Of a stretch of DNA of 64,000 nucleotides, positions 39,956-52,418 are shown in pieces. The stretch is taken from NCBI GenBank assembly GCA_951406725.2, contig OX597816.1, positions 43,524,001-43,588,000 of the forward strand, read 5' to 3'. A program made the position numbers and the translations under genes. Each line of letters opens with the position of its first letter. The stretch's first letter is position 1. Below the pieces are notes generated by a model that worked only from the letters and a program-made list of their open reading frames with translations, ran no database searches and had not been told where the DNA came from. The stretch is from Octopus vulgaris. Lineage: Eukaryota.

Positions 39956-40277
39956 TTGTTTATTATTTATGCGCCCTTTTCAAGCCTAGCCAGGCTCAAG
40001 GGCCCGATTTCTCGGTTTCTATGGGGTACGTGTCCCCCTACCCCAGCTGGACGGGACACCAGTCCATTGCAGCATTACTCAAGAAACAGGAAGAGAGAGT
40101 TAGAGAAAGTTGGGACGAAAGAGTACAGCAGGGGTCACCACCACCCCTTGCCGGAGCCTCGTGGAGCTTTAGGTGTTTTCGCTCAATAAACACACACAAC
40201 GCCAGGTCTGGGAATCGAAACCGCGATCCTCCGACCGCGAGTTCGCTGCCCTAACCACTGGGCCATTGCGCCTCCAC
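39956..40277 (-). mobile_element. SINE family C with 11-bp TSD, inserted in an old SINE B
   Basis: TSD AATCAACTCTT at 39945-39955 and 40278-40288. Confidence 0.9.
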
Positions 40278-40453
40278 AATCAACTCTTACCATCTACCAA
40301 ATTTCAAGCCTTGTAACTTTGTAAGGAATGTATTTCATTTTATTATATGATACGTTTTAATGAAAAAGGTTTGCCTGGCTCTCTCAAACAAGTAACTCAC
40401 TTCTAAACCCAATTTCAGAAAGCACTCTAAGTGTTTAAGTAAAAACTCTTGAC

Positions 40454-41119
40454 CAGTGGTGGCTCGTGTATAGGAACTGCTGCGCTCCCTATACCCACTC
40501 GATATTATCGATAACATTCAATATGAGTCCTTTTCTCTTCAATTCCTTCTTTATACTTGTACATTATATAATCCTTAAGCTTAGTGTCAGTAGCCATCTC
40601 CTAATCTATGAAAAATATACAAAAATGTTGGTATAGAATTGCGCTTCACAGTTCCAGCGACGCGTGCTTCGCTGTTGCGCGCATGCTTAAAAGTCCGAGA
40701 TAGGAAGCTTCACACTAGGGAGAAAGAGCACTGCGTGAACGATAGTGCCGTGTGAAAGGTAGTGTCTTTTTGACTCCGCGTGTGTTGTGCTTAAAAACGT
40801 GTTTATATTCATGAATGTGATAAAGTGTAGAATTAGATTATTATCCTGCTTCCAGCTTCAGTGTTGCTGTCAGGATTTGAAAAAGTATACTCCCACCTAT
40901 TTTGTGATTTGGTGGAGGTGGGGGAGCAAGGCAGAATTCGCGGGGGTGTTCAGTGAACAAATCAAACATACTACTCGGCAGTAGCTAAAAGGCGAACCAA
41001 TGAAGTTTATGTATAAATTTTCTTTTTATATGTTTAGTTCCTTTTACACAATAATAAAACAACGGCTATAAATTTTCTGAAGCAGTACCCCCACTAATTT
41101 TATCTGCGAGCCGCCGCTG
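40454..41119. mobile_element. Non-autonomous hAT (Tip100-like) element
   Basis: TIRs CAGTGGTGGCTCG / CGAGCCGCCGCTG; 8-bp TSD CTCTTGAC (40446-53, 41120-27). Confidence 0.9.
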
Positions 41120-42428
41120 CTCTTGACTGTGAAATGTCTTTGTTTATAAATATTGCTGCAAACCCATGTATTTTCTAGTCGCACAGAGTGCCCTTAGTCC
41201 ATTATGATTACATAAAATTTCCAGTGTTTTTATAACCCTGCAAATTCTCTTGAGAATCTTGGTTTGAGAACCCCTACCCTTAGAGTATAATATTTATCCG
41301 ACTAATTTATCAATTATCACTACGGCTAACTAACTCTGATATTATTTCAAGTTAACCAACTTAACAACTGGCCACTCCCTTAGAAGAAATAACATGGTAA
41401 ATGGAATTAAAATCTTGAACAAAATCCTTATTCCCTCTCCTTTTCTCTTTCACATCCCTACACACACACACACACATAGTGATGATAATTTTCCTTTAGA
41501 AATTATTAATACGGTGATGCAAGAAAATAATATATATGTAATGTCACATCAAATTTACTTAGAGTATATTTTCAATTTTAGGAAAAGCTAATTAAGGAGC
41601 AATATATACTTCATTGAAAATAACTTCATTTTTTTTTTATTTACTTTGTCTCCTTATATAATATTAAGACGATACTCAAGCCATAGAATGCTCATATAGC
41701 ATCATCACTTTATATGAAATGAAAGTTATTTGCCTTCATATTCGATAAGATAAGATTCAAAGAAGCATTATCAGTTAAATTAAGTAAATAACGAAACACA
41801 TTTGAGAGTATTGTGTCTGTTTGCTTATACGCAAGAAAGATTGTGAATCGGTAATGGTGGCAGTTTCTCAGAAAATACACATAGTTATTTGATAGGATGT
41901 GTATATTGCTTCCTTCTGTCTACACTAATGAAAACGTTCGTATCATTTTGTAAACATTTACACATATATATATGCTCAGAAATATACCGATTGACACACA
42001 CGAGTACAGACTTTAGACGTACATATGCAACAATACTTTGTTTATATATACGCGTACTCGCACAAAGCAACACCTAGACAGACACACGTATGAATGGAAA
42101 GGGACTCTATGGAAATGTGTATGTGTATTTATAGTGCAATGTCTGTTTGCAAATATATATATGTTTGGATGATTGTGTGCATGTGTGTGCGTATGTGTCT
42201 GCATGTATGATAATGACTGGGTAGGTGTCTGTCTGTTTAACAAGGAAGTAAGAAAGCAAGTTGGTAGGTTTTTTATGAAGTTTGTGGCTCGGATAAACAG
42301 ATAGAAGGTAAAGCTAGTTACGTCGCTCAAGTAAGGGAACGTTTATAAGAACATCACTATGTTTGTAATATATATATATATATATAAATGCGGTTTTCGT
42401 TATTTGCTGCCTGCTATATGAAATATCT

Positions 42429-42680
42429 GTGGAGGCGTGTGGCTTAGTGCTAAGGGTGTCAGCACCATGATCGTAAGATTGTGGTTTCAATTCCTGGACC
42501 GGGTGACGCGTTGTGTTCTCGAGTAAAACATTTCATTTCACGTTGCTCTAGTCCACTCAGCTGGCAAAAATGAGTAACACTGTAATGGACTGGCGTCCCC
42601 TACAGCTGGGGAACACATACGCCATAGAAACCGGGAAACCGGACCCATGAACCTGGCTAGGCTTTAAAAAAAGGGCGTAT
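42429..42680 (+). mobile_element. SINE family D head with family C tail
   Basis: D head/body, then ATGGACTGGCGTCCC...GAAACCGGGAAACCGG...GGGCG as in C. Confidence 0.8.
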
Positions 42681-43073
42681 TTATTTTATTGTTCTTTTTT
42701 TAAATGTAAAATATCTACACTGGAACATGAATCCCGCTTTTGCTATTTAGCATTTGTACTCACTTATTCCTACAAAGAGGTAAACTTCAACACTGAAATT
42801 TGATTAAAACAACGATAAATGTCGCTTGTTGCACTTTATAAGCCTTACATACTTTTTACTGTTAGGTTTACAGATCGTATTTATAAGATGCCTGTTAGAG
42901 GGTTGCGTTCTTGGTCCAAAAGTCCCAGCTCTTCCAGATTACCTTTTAAACATTTAGAACCAGGATAGAGCCACTGCAGCTTTCAAATTAGTTCGTAAAT
43001 ATTCTCCTTGTCGATGATTTTGAAAGAGATGTTCAAACATGTACGTACGTATGTACGTATGTATGTATGTATG

Positions 43074-43104
<31 letters not shown>

Positions 43105-43436
43105 GTATGTGTATGTGTGTGCATGCATGTCAATATGTGTATGATTATATAGACTATCTTGGTGTATATATTCTTTTATTCTTTTACTTGTTACAGTCAT
43201 TTGACTGTGGCCATGCTGGAGCACCGCCTGTAGTCGAACAAATCGACCCCAGGTCTTATTATTTGTAAGCCTAATACATATTCTATCGGTCTTTTTTACC
43301 AAACCGCTTGGTTACGGGGACGTAAACTCACCATGATCGGTTTTCAAGCGACAGTGGGGAACAAACACAGACACACATATAGATCGCTAGTCACTAAACC
43401 TTTTTGTATTTTTTCTCCCCGTTTATTTCTGTGTTC

Positions 43437-43472
43437 CTTTCTGTCGAAGAGCGTAGGCTCGAAACGTAAAAG
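43437..43472 (+). ncRNA. Minimal hammerhead motif with an A6U core change, within a repeat at ~43395-43565
   Basis: CUUU-CUGUCGA-A-GAGC-GUAG-GCUC-GAAA-CG-UA-AAAG. Confidence 0.5.
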
Positions 43473-43569
43473 ACTTTCTCATCTCCCAAGCGTTAAACTA
43501 AAACATCTGTTTGTTGTTTACACACCCGTCTTCGTCGTTTTGTTTTTTTTTTGTAAATTCTTACTATAT

Positions 43570-43667
<98 letters not shown>

Positions 43668-44174
43668 TAACTATGTAAATGCAAGTTAACTATATAAAAC
43701 AGGTTTACTGCTTTAGATGATCACCAAAATATGTCTTTCCTCATTAACTTTCAGATTTTAAATCCTGCCGAGATCAATTTTACATTTCTGTAAGATAAAA
43801 TAATACTCCCGTCCCATTCAGGGATCGACGAAATCGGTTAAACCTCTTTCCACTGTCGACATTTTGCTTAAATTAGAAATGATTTTTAAAATTATATATT
43901 AGAAAGTTCTTACTTTCGCTTTCGATACTTAATCATATAGCTAACGTAATCAGGGTACTTTGTAGCGGGTCATTTTCTCGATTCTTGAGAGTTTATTTGC
44001 TTTTTTAGTCCATGCATGATTCCGTTTATTATTGCAGGCAAGGACCTGAAATCGTTCTGTTTCTCTCTTTAAATAGTTGCACATTAAGTTCGTTTGCCCG
44101 TTATTCTGATTGAATGGTAGGCTAATACTTGATAGGACTGAGAAGAAGAATGAAACAAGTAACTCCTCCCTAAA

Positions 44175-44220
<46 letters not shown>

Positions 44221-44769
44221 GTGATGCTGCTACTATTATTGCTGCTGCTGTTTTTGTGGTGATAATTGCAATGCTCATATAACTGTATAATTGCAGAAAG
44301 ACGTTTAACAGATTTTCTTCACGCCGTTAACTTTGGCAAATTGTTTCGCCAACAGTAATTGCAAGAATATTGAATGAGGTGGGATTAGATTAGTTGTCAT
44401 GGATCGCGCAATATTTCGAAAACCCACCCATTCCTCAGAAATAATTTGCTGAATGGGAATACAAATAAAGAGACTCAGCTTTGATGGGATTTGAACTAGG
44501 GATTAAACAAACAACTGCAAATAATTACAATGATAATGGTAATGATTGTTCAAATTTTGTCACAAGCCTAGAAATTGTGGGAGAAGTGGGATTAGTGGAT
44601 TATATCGACTACCTCCAGCACTTTATTTTAGCGACCCGCAGGCCAATGAAAATCAAAGATGACCTGAACAAGAGTTGAACACAGAGCATAAAAACTGACG
44701 TTTTGTACAACACGATAACGATTCTGCCAGCACACCGCCTTAATAATAATAATAATAATAATAATAATG

Positions 44770-44801
<32 letters not shown>

Positions 44802-44805
44802 GATC

Positions 44806-45020
44806 CTTTCTACTAAAAGCACAACGCTTGAAATTTATGGCAGGAAGGGACTAGTCGATTACATCGAGCCCACTGTTTCACTGTACTTAATTTATCGATT
44901 CCGAAAGGATGAAAAGCAAAGTCGACCTCGGCGGGATTTGAAAACAAAGCGTAAAGACGGACGAAATAACGCTAAGCATTTTGCCCGGCGTGCTAACGAT
45001 TCTGCCAGGTCACCGCCTTC

Positions 45021-45051
<31 letters not shown>

Positions 45052-45441
45052 GTTTCAAATTTTGCCACAAGGGCAGCAGTTTGGGGGAAGCGGATGAGTC
45101 GATTAGATTGACCCAAGGGTTTAACTGGTACTTAATTTATCGACACCGAAAGGATGAAATGCAAAGTCGACTTCGGTGGAATTTGAACTCAGCAAGTAGC
45201 GACGGGCGTAATACCTATTTCTTTACTACCCACAAGGGGCTAAACACAGTGAGGACAAACAAGGACAGACAAACGGGTTAAGTCGATTATATCGACTCCA
45301 GTGCGTAACTGTTACTTATTTAATCGAAAGGATGAAAAGCAAAGTCGACCTCGGCGGAATTTGAACTCACAACGTAGCGACAGACGAAATACCGCTAAGC
45401 ATTTCGCCCGGCGTGCTAACGATTCTGCCAGCTCGCTGCCT
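44806..45441 (-). mobile_element. SINE B monomer (44806-45018) and dimer (45052-45441) among (AAT)n tracts
   Basis: Family consensus; junction near 45217. Confidence 0.85.
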
Positions 45442-45516
45442 TAATGATAATGAAAATCGTAATAATGGTTTCTTAATTGGCCACAAGAGTCGTATAATAA
45501 TAATAATAATAATAAT

Positions 45517-45776
45517 GTAAGCCTAGTACTTATTCTATCGGTCTCTTTTGCCGAACCGCTATGTTACGGGGACGTGAACACACCAGCATCGGTTGGGCAA
45601 ACACAGACGCACACGACAGGCTTCTTTCAGTTTCCGTCTACCAAATCCACTCACAAGGCTTTGGTCGGCCCGAGGCTATTGTAGAAGACATTTGCCCAAA
45701 GTGCCACGCAGTGGGACTGAACCCGGAACCATGTGGTTGGCAAGCAAGCTACTTACCACACAGCCACTCCTGCGCC
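45517..45776 (-). mobile_element. SINE family A, 3'-truncated
   Basis: Matches the family consensus. Confidence 0.85.
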
Positions 45777-46037
45777 TATGGTAATAATGCATTTGAAATA
45801 AAGAATATATCAGGATTAAACAACCTCAGTTACGTGAAGTGTTTATAGTTATGTTGAATGGTTACCAGCAAATTTATTTTTCTCTGACCGTAGATGAAAC
45901 GAAATTTTAGTAAAAGGAATTTTTAATGCTCTGTGCATGAGATATACCCATGTCATCTTAGTTTGCTGTTGTCCATCCCGTCCAAGGATTTCAATGTTAT
46001 AAGTTGTGTTATTCTAGTTCTTTTTCTTCATAAACAT

Positions 46038-46199
46038 ACAGGAGTGCCTGTGTGGTAAGTAGCTTGTTTACCAACCACATGGTTCTGGGTTCAGTCCCAC
46101 TGCGTGGTATCTTGGGCAAGTGTCTTCTACTATAGCCACGGGCCGACCAAATCCTTGTGAGTGGATTTGGTAGACGGAAACTGAAAGAAGCCCGTCGTA

Positions 46200-46232
<33 letters not shown>

Positions 46233-46460
46233 GCGTGTGTGTGTTTGTGTGTCTGTGTTTGTCCCCCTAGCATTGCTTGACAACCGATGCTAGTGTGTTT
46301 ATGTCTCCGTTACTTAGCGGTTCGGCAAAAGAGACCGATAGAATAAGTGCTGGGCTTACAGGAGGAATAAGTCCCGGGGTCGAGTTGCTCGATTAAAAGG
46401 CGGTGCTCCAGCATGGCCGTAGTCAAATGACTGAAACAAGTAAAAGAGAGTAAAAGAGTA
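46038..46460 (+). mobile_element. SINE family A, full length
   Basis: Matches the family consensus. Confidence 0.9.
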
Positions 46461-47308
46461 AATACTAAATTTTATACATTTACACAATGGTCGTTTCATT
46501 TCATCACTCCTTCAATAACTATTTTGAAGGATATTGATTCGCAGAGGAGGTCAGAGTATAAATAATCAAAACGTCTGGAAAATTTTTTATCTTTTAACCA
46601 AGATGAAAGACAGGGCTCGTGACTCTTTATAGGGCCTCCATGATGAGAGATAAAATAGGGAGTTATACTCAAAAGAGAGACCTGGCTTATATGCTTGGAA
46701 GAAATTGGCGCCCGCTAAATGAACAAAAGGTACCGAAAGCGGCGAGATATCGAAAGTGGCGGTGATGCTCCCAACAACGAACAAAGTCTACCATGTCTTG
46801 TATTGGTTGGAAAATTGAAACTGTACTGTTTTTCCCCGCTACTTATTTAATTTAATTACATTTTTAATTATCTCTCGCATCAAGTATGTTAACATTGACT
46901 TTATTAGAATTTAGAATTATTTACTACAATGTTTTACAGGAATTCTCTTAATATTCTTAACTAGTACAGCTAATTAGAATTATAGATCACAGAAAAGCTT
47001 TACGAGTGTGTATTAGTGAAAATTCTTAACTGTGTGTGTATGTGTGTGTGTGTGTGTGTGTGTCTGTGTGTGTGTGCGTGTTTGAATTGCTTTGCTTCCT
47101 GGTTCTTGAAGATAACTTTCAATAGCACTGCGTCAAACAGCAGACATGTTTCAACAGCTTTGACAACGTTAGTACAGCAATAAACTGCTTATTAATGAAA
47201 TATGGAATGGATATCACGAATACAAAATAAAGAATGCTTGAGGCATGAGAGATATCATGATTAATTCGATTACCATGCATATATATATATATATATATAT
47301 ATATGAAC

Positions 47309-47340
<32 letters not shown>

Positions 47341-47344
47341 GAAC

Positions 47345-47430
<86 letters not shown>

Positions 47431-47454
47431 CACACACATATAGTGAAAGTGCAT

Positions 47455-47660
47455 ATCTCACTGGTTAGAGTGTCGGAATCACAATCAAGAGTTAGTGAGT
47501 TCGATTCTAGACCAGGCTGTGTGTTGGGCTCTTGAGCAAACACTTTATTTTACGTTGCTGCAGTTCACTCCGCTGTAGAAATGAATTGCGACGTCACTGG
47601 CACCAAGCTATATCGACCTTTGCCTTTCCCTTGGATAACATCGGTGGCGTGGAGGAGAAC
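47455..47660 (+). mobile_element. SINE family D-like head with another tail
   Basis: GTTCGATTC B-box, CTTGAGCAAACACTTTATTTTACGTTGC body; distinct tail. Confidence 0.55.
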
Positions 47661-47811
47661 TTTCTAGGTTCAATCCCATGGTCATTCATCCCTCTAGGTA
47701 TCTTAACTCTTACACACACACACACAGGTATATGCTTGTATGTATGATGTGAGTGTGTATAATAGAATTTTCAGGATGTCTTTTGGATTAGATTGAAAGA
47801 TTGTTTTTTTT

Positions 47812-49230
47812 CTACTCTAGGCACGAGGCCCAAAATTTTGGGGGATGGGGCCAGTCGATTAGATCGACTCCAGTATGCAACTGGTACTTAATTTATCGAC
47901 CCCGAAAGGATGAAAGGCGAAGTCAATCTCGGCGGAATTTGAACACAGAACGTAAAGACAGACGAAATACTGCTACGCATTTCGCCCGGCGTGCTAACTT
48001 TTCTGCCAGCTGGCCGCCTAAGTTTGAAAGATTATTATTAGAAATTATGATCATTATTGTTATTGAGTTAAAGGTGGTGAGCTGGCAGAAGCTTCAGAGC
48101 GTCAGAAAAAATGACTTGCATAATTTCTTTCGGCTAGCTTATATTTTGATTTCAAATCCTACCTAGGTTAGCTTTACCGTTCATCCCTTCGAGTAGATAG
48201 AACCGAGTTCAAGTGAAATACTGGCAGCGATGTAGCCGACTAACCCCTTTCTCACAAATTTCAAGCCTTGTGCTTATATGGCAGAAGATTAATATCATTA
48301 TTATGAATTCAAATTCCGTCGCGGTCGACTTTGCTTTTTATCCTTTCGAGGCCGATGAAATAAGTACCAGCCAAACACTGGGGTCGATGTAATCGACTAG
48401 CACCCTCCCACAAAATTTCAGGTCTTGTGCCTATAGGGGGGAAAATATTGACAGAATCGGGTAAAATGCTTAGTAATATTGCATCTCTCTTTATGTTCAG
48501 AGTTCAAATTCTGCTGAGGTCAACGTTGTCTTTCTTCCTTTCGGGGTCGATGAAATAAGTTCCAGTTTTGTTCTAGAGTCGATGTAATCTACTAGTTCTC
48601 TTCACCACAAAATTTCAAACCTTGTGCTTATAGCACAAGGTTTATAGGCCTATACTACAAAGAATCATTATTATAATTCCACCGATGTCGACTTTGTCTT
48701 TCATCGTTTCGCGGTCGATAAAATGAGTGCTACTTGAGTACTGGAGTCGATGTAATGGACTATCCACTTCCCAATTTCCAGGTCTTTTGCCTAGAGTAGA
48801 AAGGGTTATAATAATGATAATAATAATAATAATAATAGGCAAGCTGTCAGAATTGTTAGCACGCCAGGCGAAGCGCTTAGCGGTATTTCGTCTGCGTTAC
48901 GTTGTGAGTTCAAATTCCGCCGAGGTCGACTTTGCCTTTCATCCTTTCGGGGTCGATAAATTAAGTACCAGTTACGCACTGGGGTCGATGTAATCGACTT
49001 AATACCTATGTCTGTCCTTGTTTGTCCCCTCTGTGTTTAGCCCCTTGTGGGTAATAAAGAAATAGGTATTTCGCCCGTCGCTACGTTCTGTGATCAAATT
49101 CCGCCGAGGTGGACTTTGCCTTTCATCATTTCAGGGTCGATAAATTAAGTACTGGTTGTGTACTGGGGTCGATGTAATCGACTAGTCCCCCGCCCCCCAA
49201 ATTGCAGGCCTTGCGCCTTTTGTAGAAATG
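47812..49230. mobile_element. Cluster of SINE B copies (one minus, about five plus including a dimer at 48838-49230)
   Basis: Repeated TCATCC(C/T)TTCG-GGTCGAT cores separated by (ATT)/(AAT) runs. Confidence 0.8.
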
Positions 49231-50287
49231 ATTATTATTATGCTAGTAACATAAAAATCAATCCAAAATGCATGCCGCTATTTAATTACGGCCCTTCGTA
49301 TTTTTGATATCAATCTTACTGATGCTGATGTCGACTTTAAATTTTATGCTTCCGGGGTCAATAAGATAAACCCTAATCAAGTATTGGGCATACTTATATC
49401 GAATTAACTCGCTCTCAGTAAATATATGGCCCTGTGCCAGTGGCTTTCTTATTAATATTTTTTTCTTTTTTATTGTTAGTTTTTGTATTTAAAGTTGTTT
49501 GTAATGACTATGCCGCGATGACATTAATCACAATCCTGCTATAAGTGTTGACTTTGTTATCATTAGGTTTACAACTAGTAGCGGATTCTTGATGTTTCGA
49601 GGATTCTAAGTGAAGCTTTTGACCTTCCAGTTGAAGTGACTACTCTAAAGATCCGTGCTGTCAATCGGCATTAAAACGTGCATCATCGAACAAAGTGTGA
49701 ACCTGTCAGAGTTGGCAGATACGCACGGAAAACGTCAAAGGCTTTCTCACAGTTTGCAGTGCTTTAATTCTCACTTGGCGTGAAACAACGCTACATCTGC
49801 AAGCGATGAGAAGGTTGTTACATGGTCGCAATATTTTTACAAATAGAAGCCAATCTTCTTTCAATCCCACACAACTTCCCTCTACAATACGTAGAACATA
49901 GAATCGTGGATATCCCCAAAAGACATGATGGTCACGGCGGAAGCGTTCTTAAACATTGGTATGCTAGATCAGGTATTGCCTATGGCTAAACAACTAACAT
50001 TTTCTTTTGTATCAAGATTAGTGAGAGCCATACTTATTTTATTAGTATCTATGAAATGAATTTTTAAACATATCCTACAGTATATAGGGATGTTAATGCG
50101 CGTGATCTAGTGGCGAGGATTTTCTATTCACGTTCGCAGGATCATGGTTTCGATTCCCGGACTAGGTGATGCATTGTTTCCTTGAGCAAAACACGTCATT
50201 TCCCACCACCTTGAGCAAAACACGTCATTTTCCGTTCTGGGAAAATGAATTGGTCTCGGTAATTTATACGCATGGACACCATGGACA

Positions 50288-50401
50288 CCTTATGAGTCCT
50301 TATACACCTTCTGAGTCCTTATACGTCTTATGAGTCCTTATACGCCTTATGAGTCCTTATACGCCTTATGAGTCCTTATACGCCTTATGAGGACTTATAC
50401 G
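50288..50401. repeat. Minisatellite, six 19-bp units CCTTATGAGTCCTTATACG
   Basis: Direct reading; follows a D-like SINE head at ~50098-50250. Confidence 0.9.
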
Positions 50402-50594
50402 CCATGGACACCTCACGAGTCCTAAGGTTTGAGACAGTATATATATATTTACATATGAAGTAAAAGCAACTGTAGTGTAATAAATATTATTAAATACATA
50501 TATTAATGTATATGGTTTGTGTATTTCCGGTGGCTGAAATGGCGTAGCGGAGTATATAAACATTCATGTTGCCGGTGTTAAAACGCCTTATATA

Positions 50595-50645
<51 letters not shown>

Positions 50646-52031
50646 TCCGAATTTGTGTAAATGTGTTTAGAATAATATATCAATTGAATAAAGTTAAGAA
50701 ATGGTCTGTTTTCCACATTTTTAAATATGGTATTTAAGAAAGAAACGTTTTCGTTGCAATGTTGAAGTGTATATATAAGAGAATATAAGGAATATTTAGT
50801 CTCTCAGTATCATTCTTTGTTTGATTACATAAATATTTTTTCGTGGAGTGAAAAATAGTGCGTTTATGTATAAAATAGATCTTCAGCGATCTCATTAACA
50901 AGCAAAATAGAAATACATAATGTGTGTGTGTGTGTGTGTGTGTATACATATGTGTGTATCAGCAATAATAAATGGACAAACATATAACCAAACAAAGAAA
51001 TATGGGAAGTCGTCTAACTGAAACATCTGCAGAAATTGGCTTACCTTGTAATCAACAGTTTTGCATAAATAAAAATTTCCTGAATCACATGATTATCGTA
51101 CAAATTCGCAAACGCTCGGTTTTGTAAGTGCTAATCGAAAAAAAAAACCAAACTAGCAACAGTTATCTTACCTTTCACATGCTTCAGTCTTAGGAGCACG
51201 GCCATGCTGGGGCACTACTTTGAAGGATTTCGTCAAACTAATTGTCCCCATTACTTATACTGTCTCATTTTGCCTGGCTGGGGGACCTAAACGAACCCTT
51301 GGCAATTGTCAAACTGTGGGAGAGGACAAGCCCAAGCATGAAGACACTCATAGATATTTATTTATACACGACAGGCTTCCTTCAGTTTCCGTCGGTCACA
51401 TCCACTCACAAATCTTTAACCGACCCGAGGCTTTAGGAGAAATCCCTAGTCCAAGGATCTGCGTAGTGAGACTGAAACATAGGCCACATGGTTGGGAAGC
51501 AAGATTTCTAAGACGCAATTGCACCTGTAAAAATATTAGGTAAAAATATATATATTCTAGAATCTCTTGAAGTGGTTCTATCAATTGCAACCAAATTTAC
51601 AGCAAATCTCACTGTACCTGCTACAAATAGCAGCTCAATCTCTAATTTTTGCGGCACAGTTATAAATAGATTATCAAATGGCAAATACTAACACCTACCC
51701 AACAAAAAATACTGCTTTAAAATATTTCTTCTCTATAGCTTACATACTTCAGTTATTGGACAGCGACAATGCTGGGTGCCGCTTTGATAAGTTTAATCGA
51801 ACAAATCGACTCCAAGAATTATTTTTTCAAATATACTTCTTATTCTATCAGTATATTATCAAACAGCTATGTATTTGAGACGTAAGTAAACCAACACCGG
51901 TTGTCAAGCGATAATGGTGGAAAAACACAACAATACAAACATAAAGACACACACAGTCACGCAGAGAGACGCACATACACAAATGCACACATACATACTC
52001 ACCCGCGCAGAGAGACACACATACACAAATG

Positions 52032-52418
52032 GGATGGAAGCACTCCGTCGGTTACGACGACGAGGGTTCCGGTTGATCCGAATCAACGGAACAGCCTGCT
52101 CGTGAAATTAACGTGTAAGTCGCTGAGCACTCCACAGACACGTGTACCCTTAACGTAGTTCTCGGGGATATTCAGCGTGACACAGAGAGTGACAAGGCCG
52201 GCCCTTTGAAATACAGGTACAAGAGAGACAGGAAGTAAGAGTGAGAGAAAGTTGTGGTGAAAGAGTACAGCAGGGATCACCACCATCCCTACCGGAGCCT
52301 CGTGGAGCTTTAGGTGTTTTCGCTCAATAAACACTCACAACGCCCGGTCTGGGAATCGAAACCGCGATCCTACAACCGCGAGTCCGCTGCCCTAACCACT
52401 GGGCCATTGCGCCTCCAC
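52032..52418 (-). mobile_element. SINE family C head with alternative tail 3 and 11-bp TSD
   Basis: TSD ATACACAAATG at 52021-31 and 52419-29; tail GTACCTGTATTTCAAAGGGCCGGCC...CCGACGGAGTGC. Confidence 0.9.

Noticed and set aside
46706-46720. TGGCGCCCG resembling a tRNA-Lys primer-binding site
   Set aside because: Match too short and no LTR or gag/pol nearby; the same word at ~25993 was also rejected.
52340-52418. tRNA-like sequences at SINE 5' ends
   Set aside because: They continue into SINE bodies with tails and TSDs; not called as tRNA genes.
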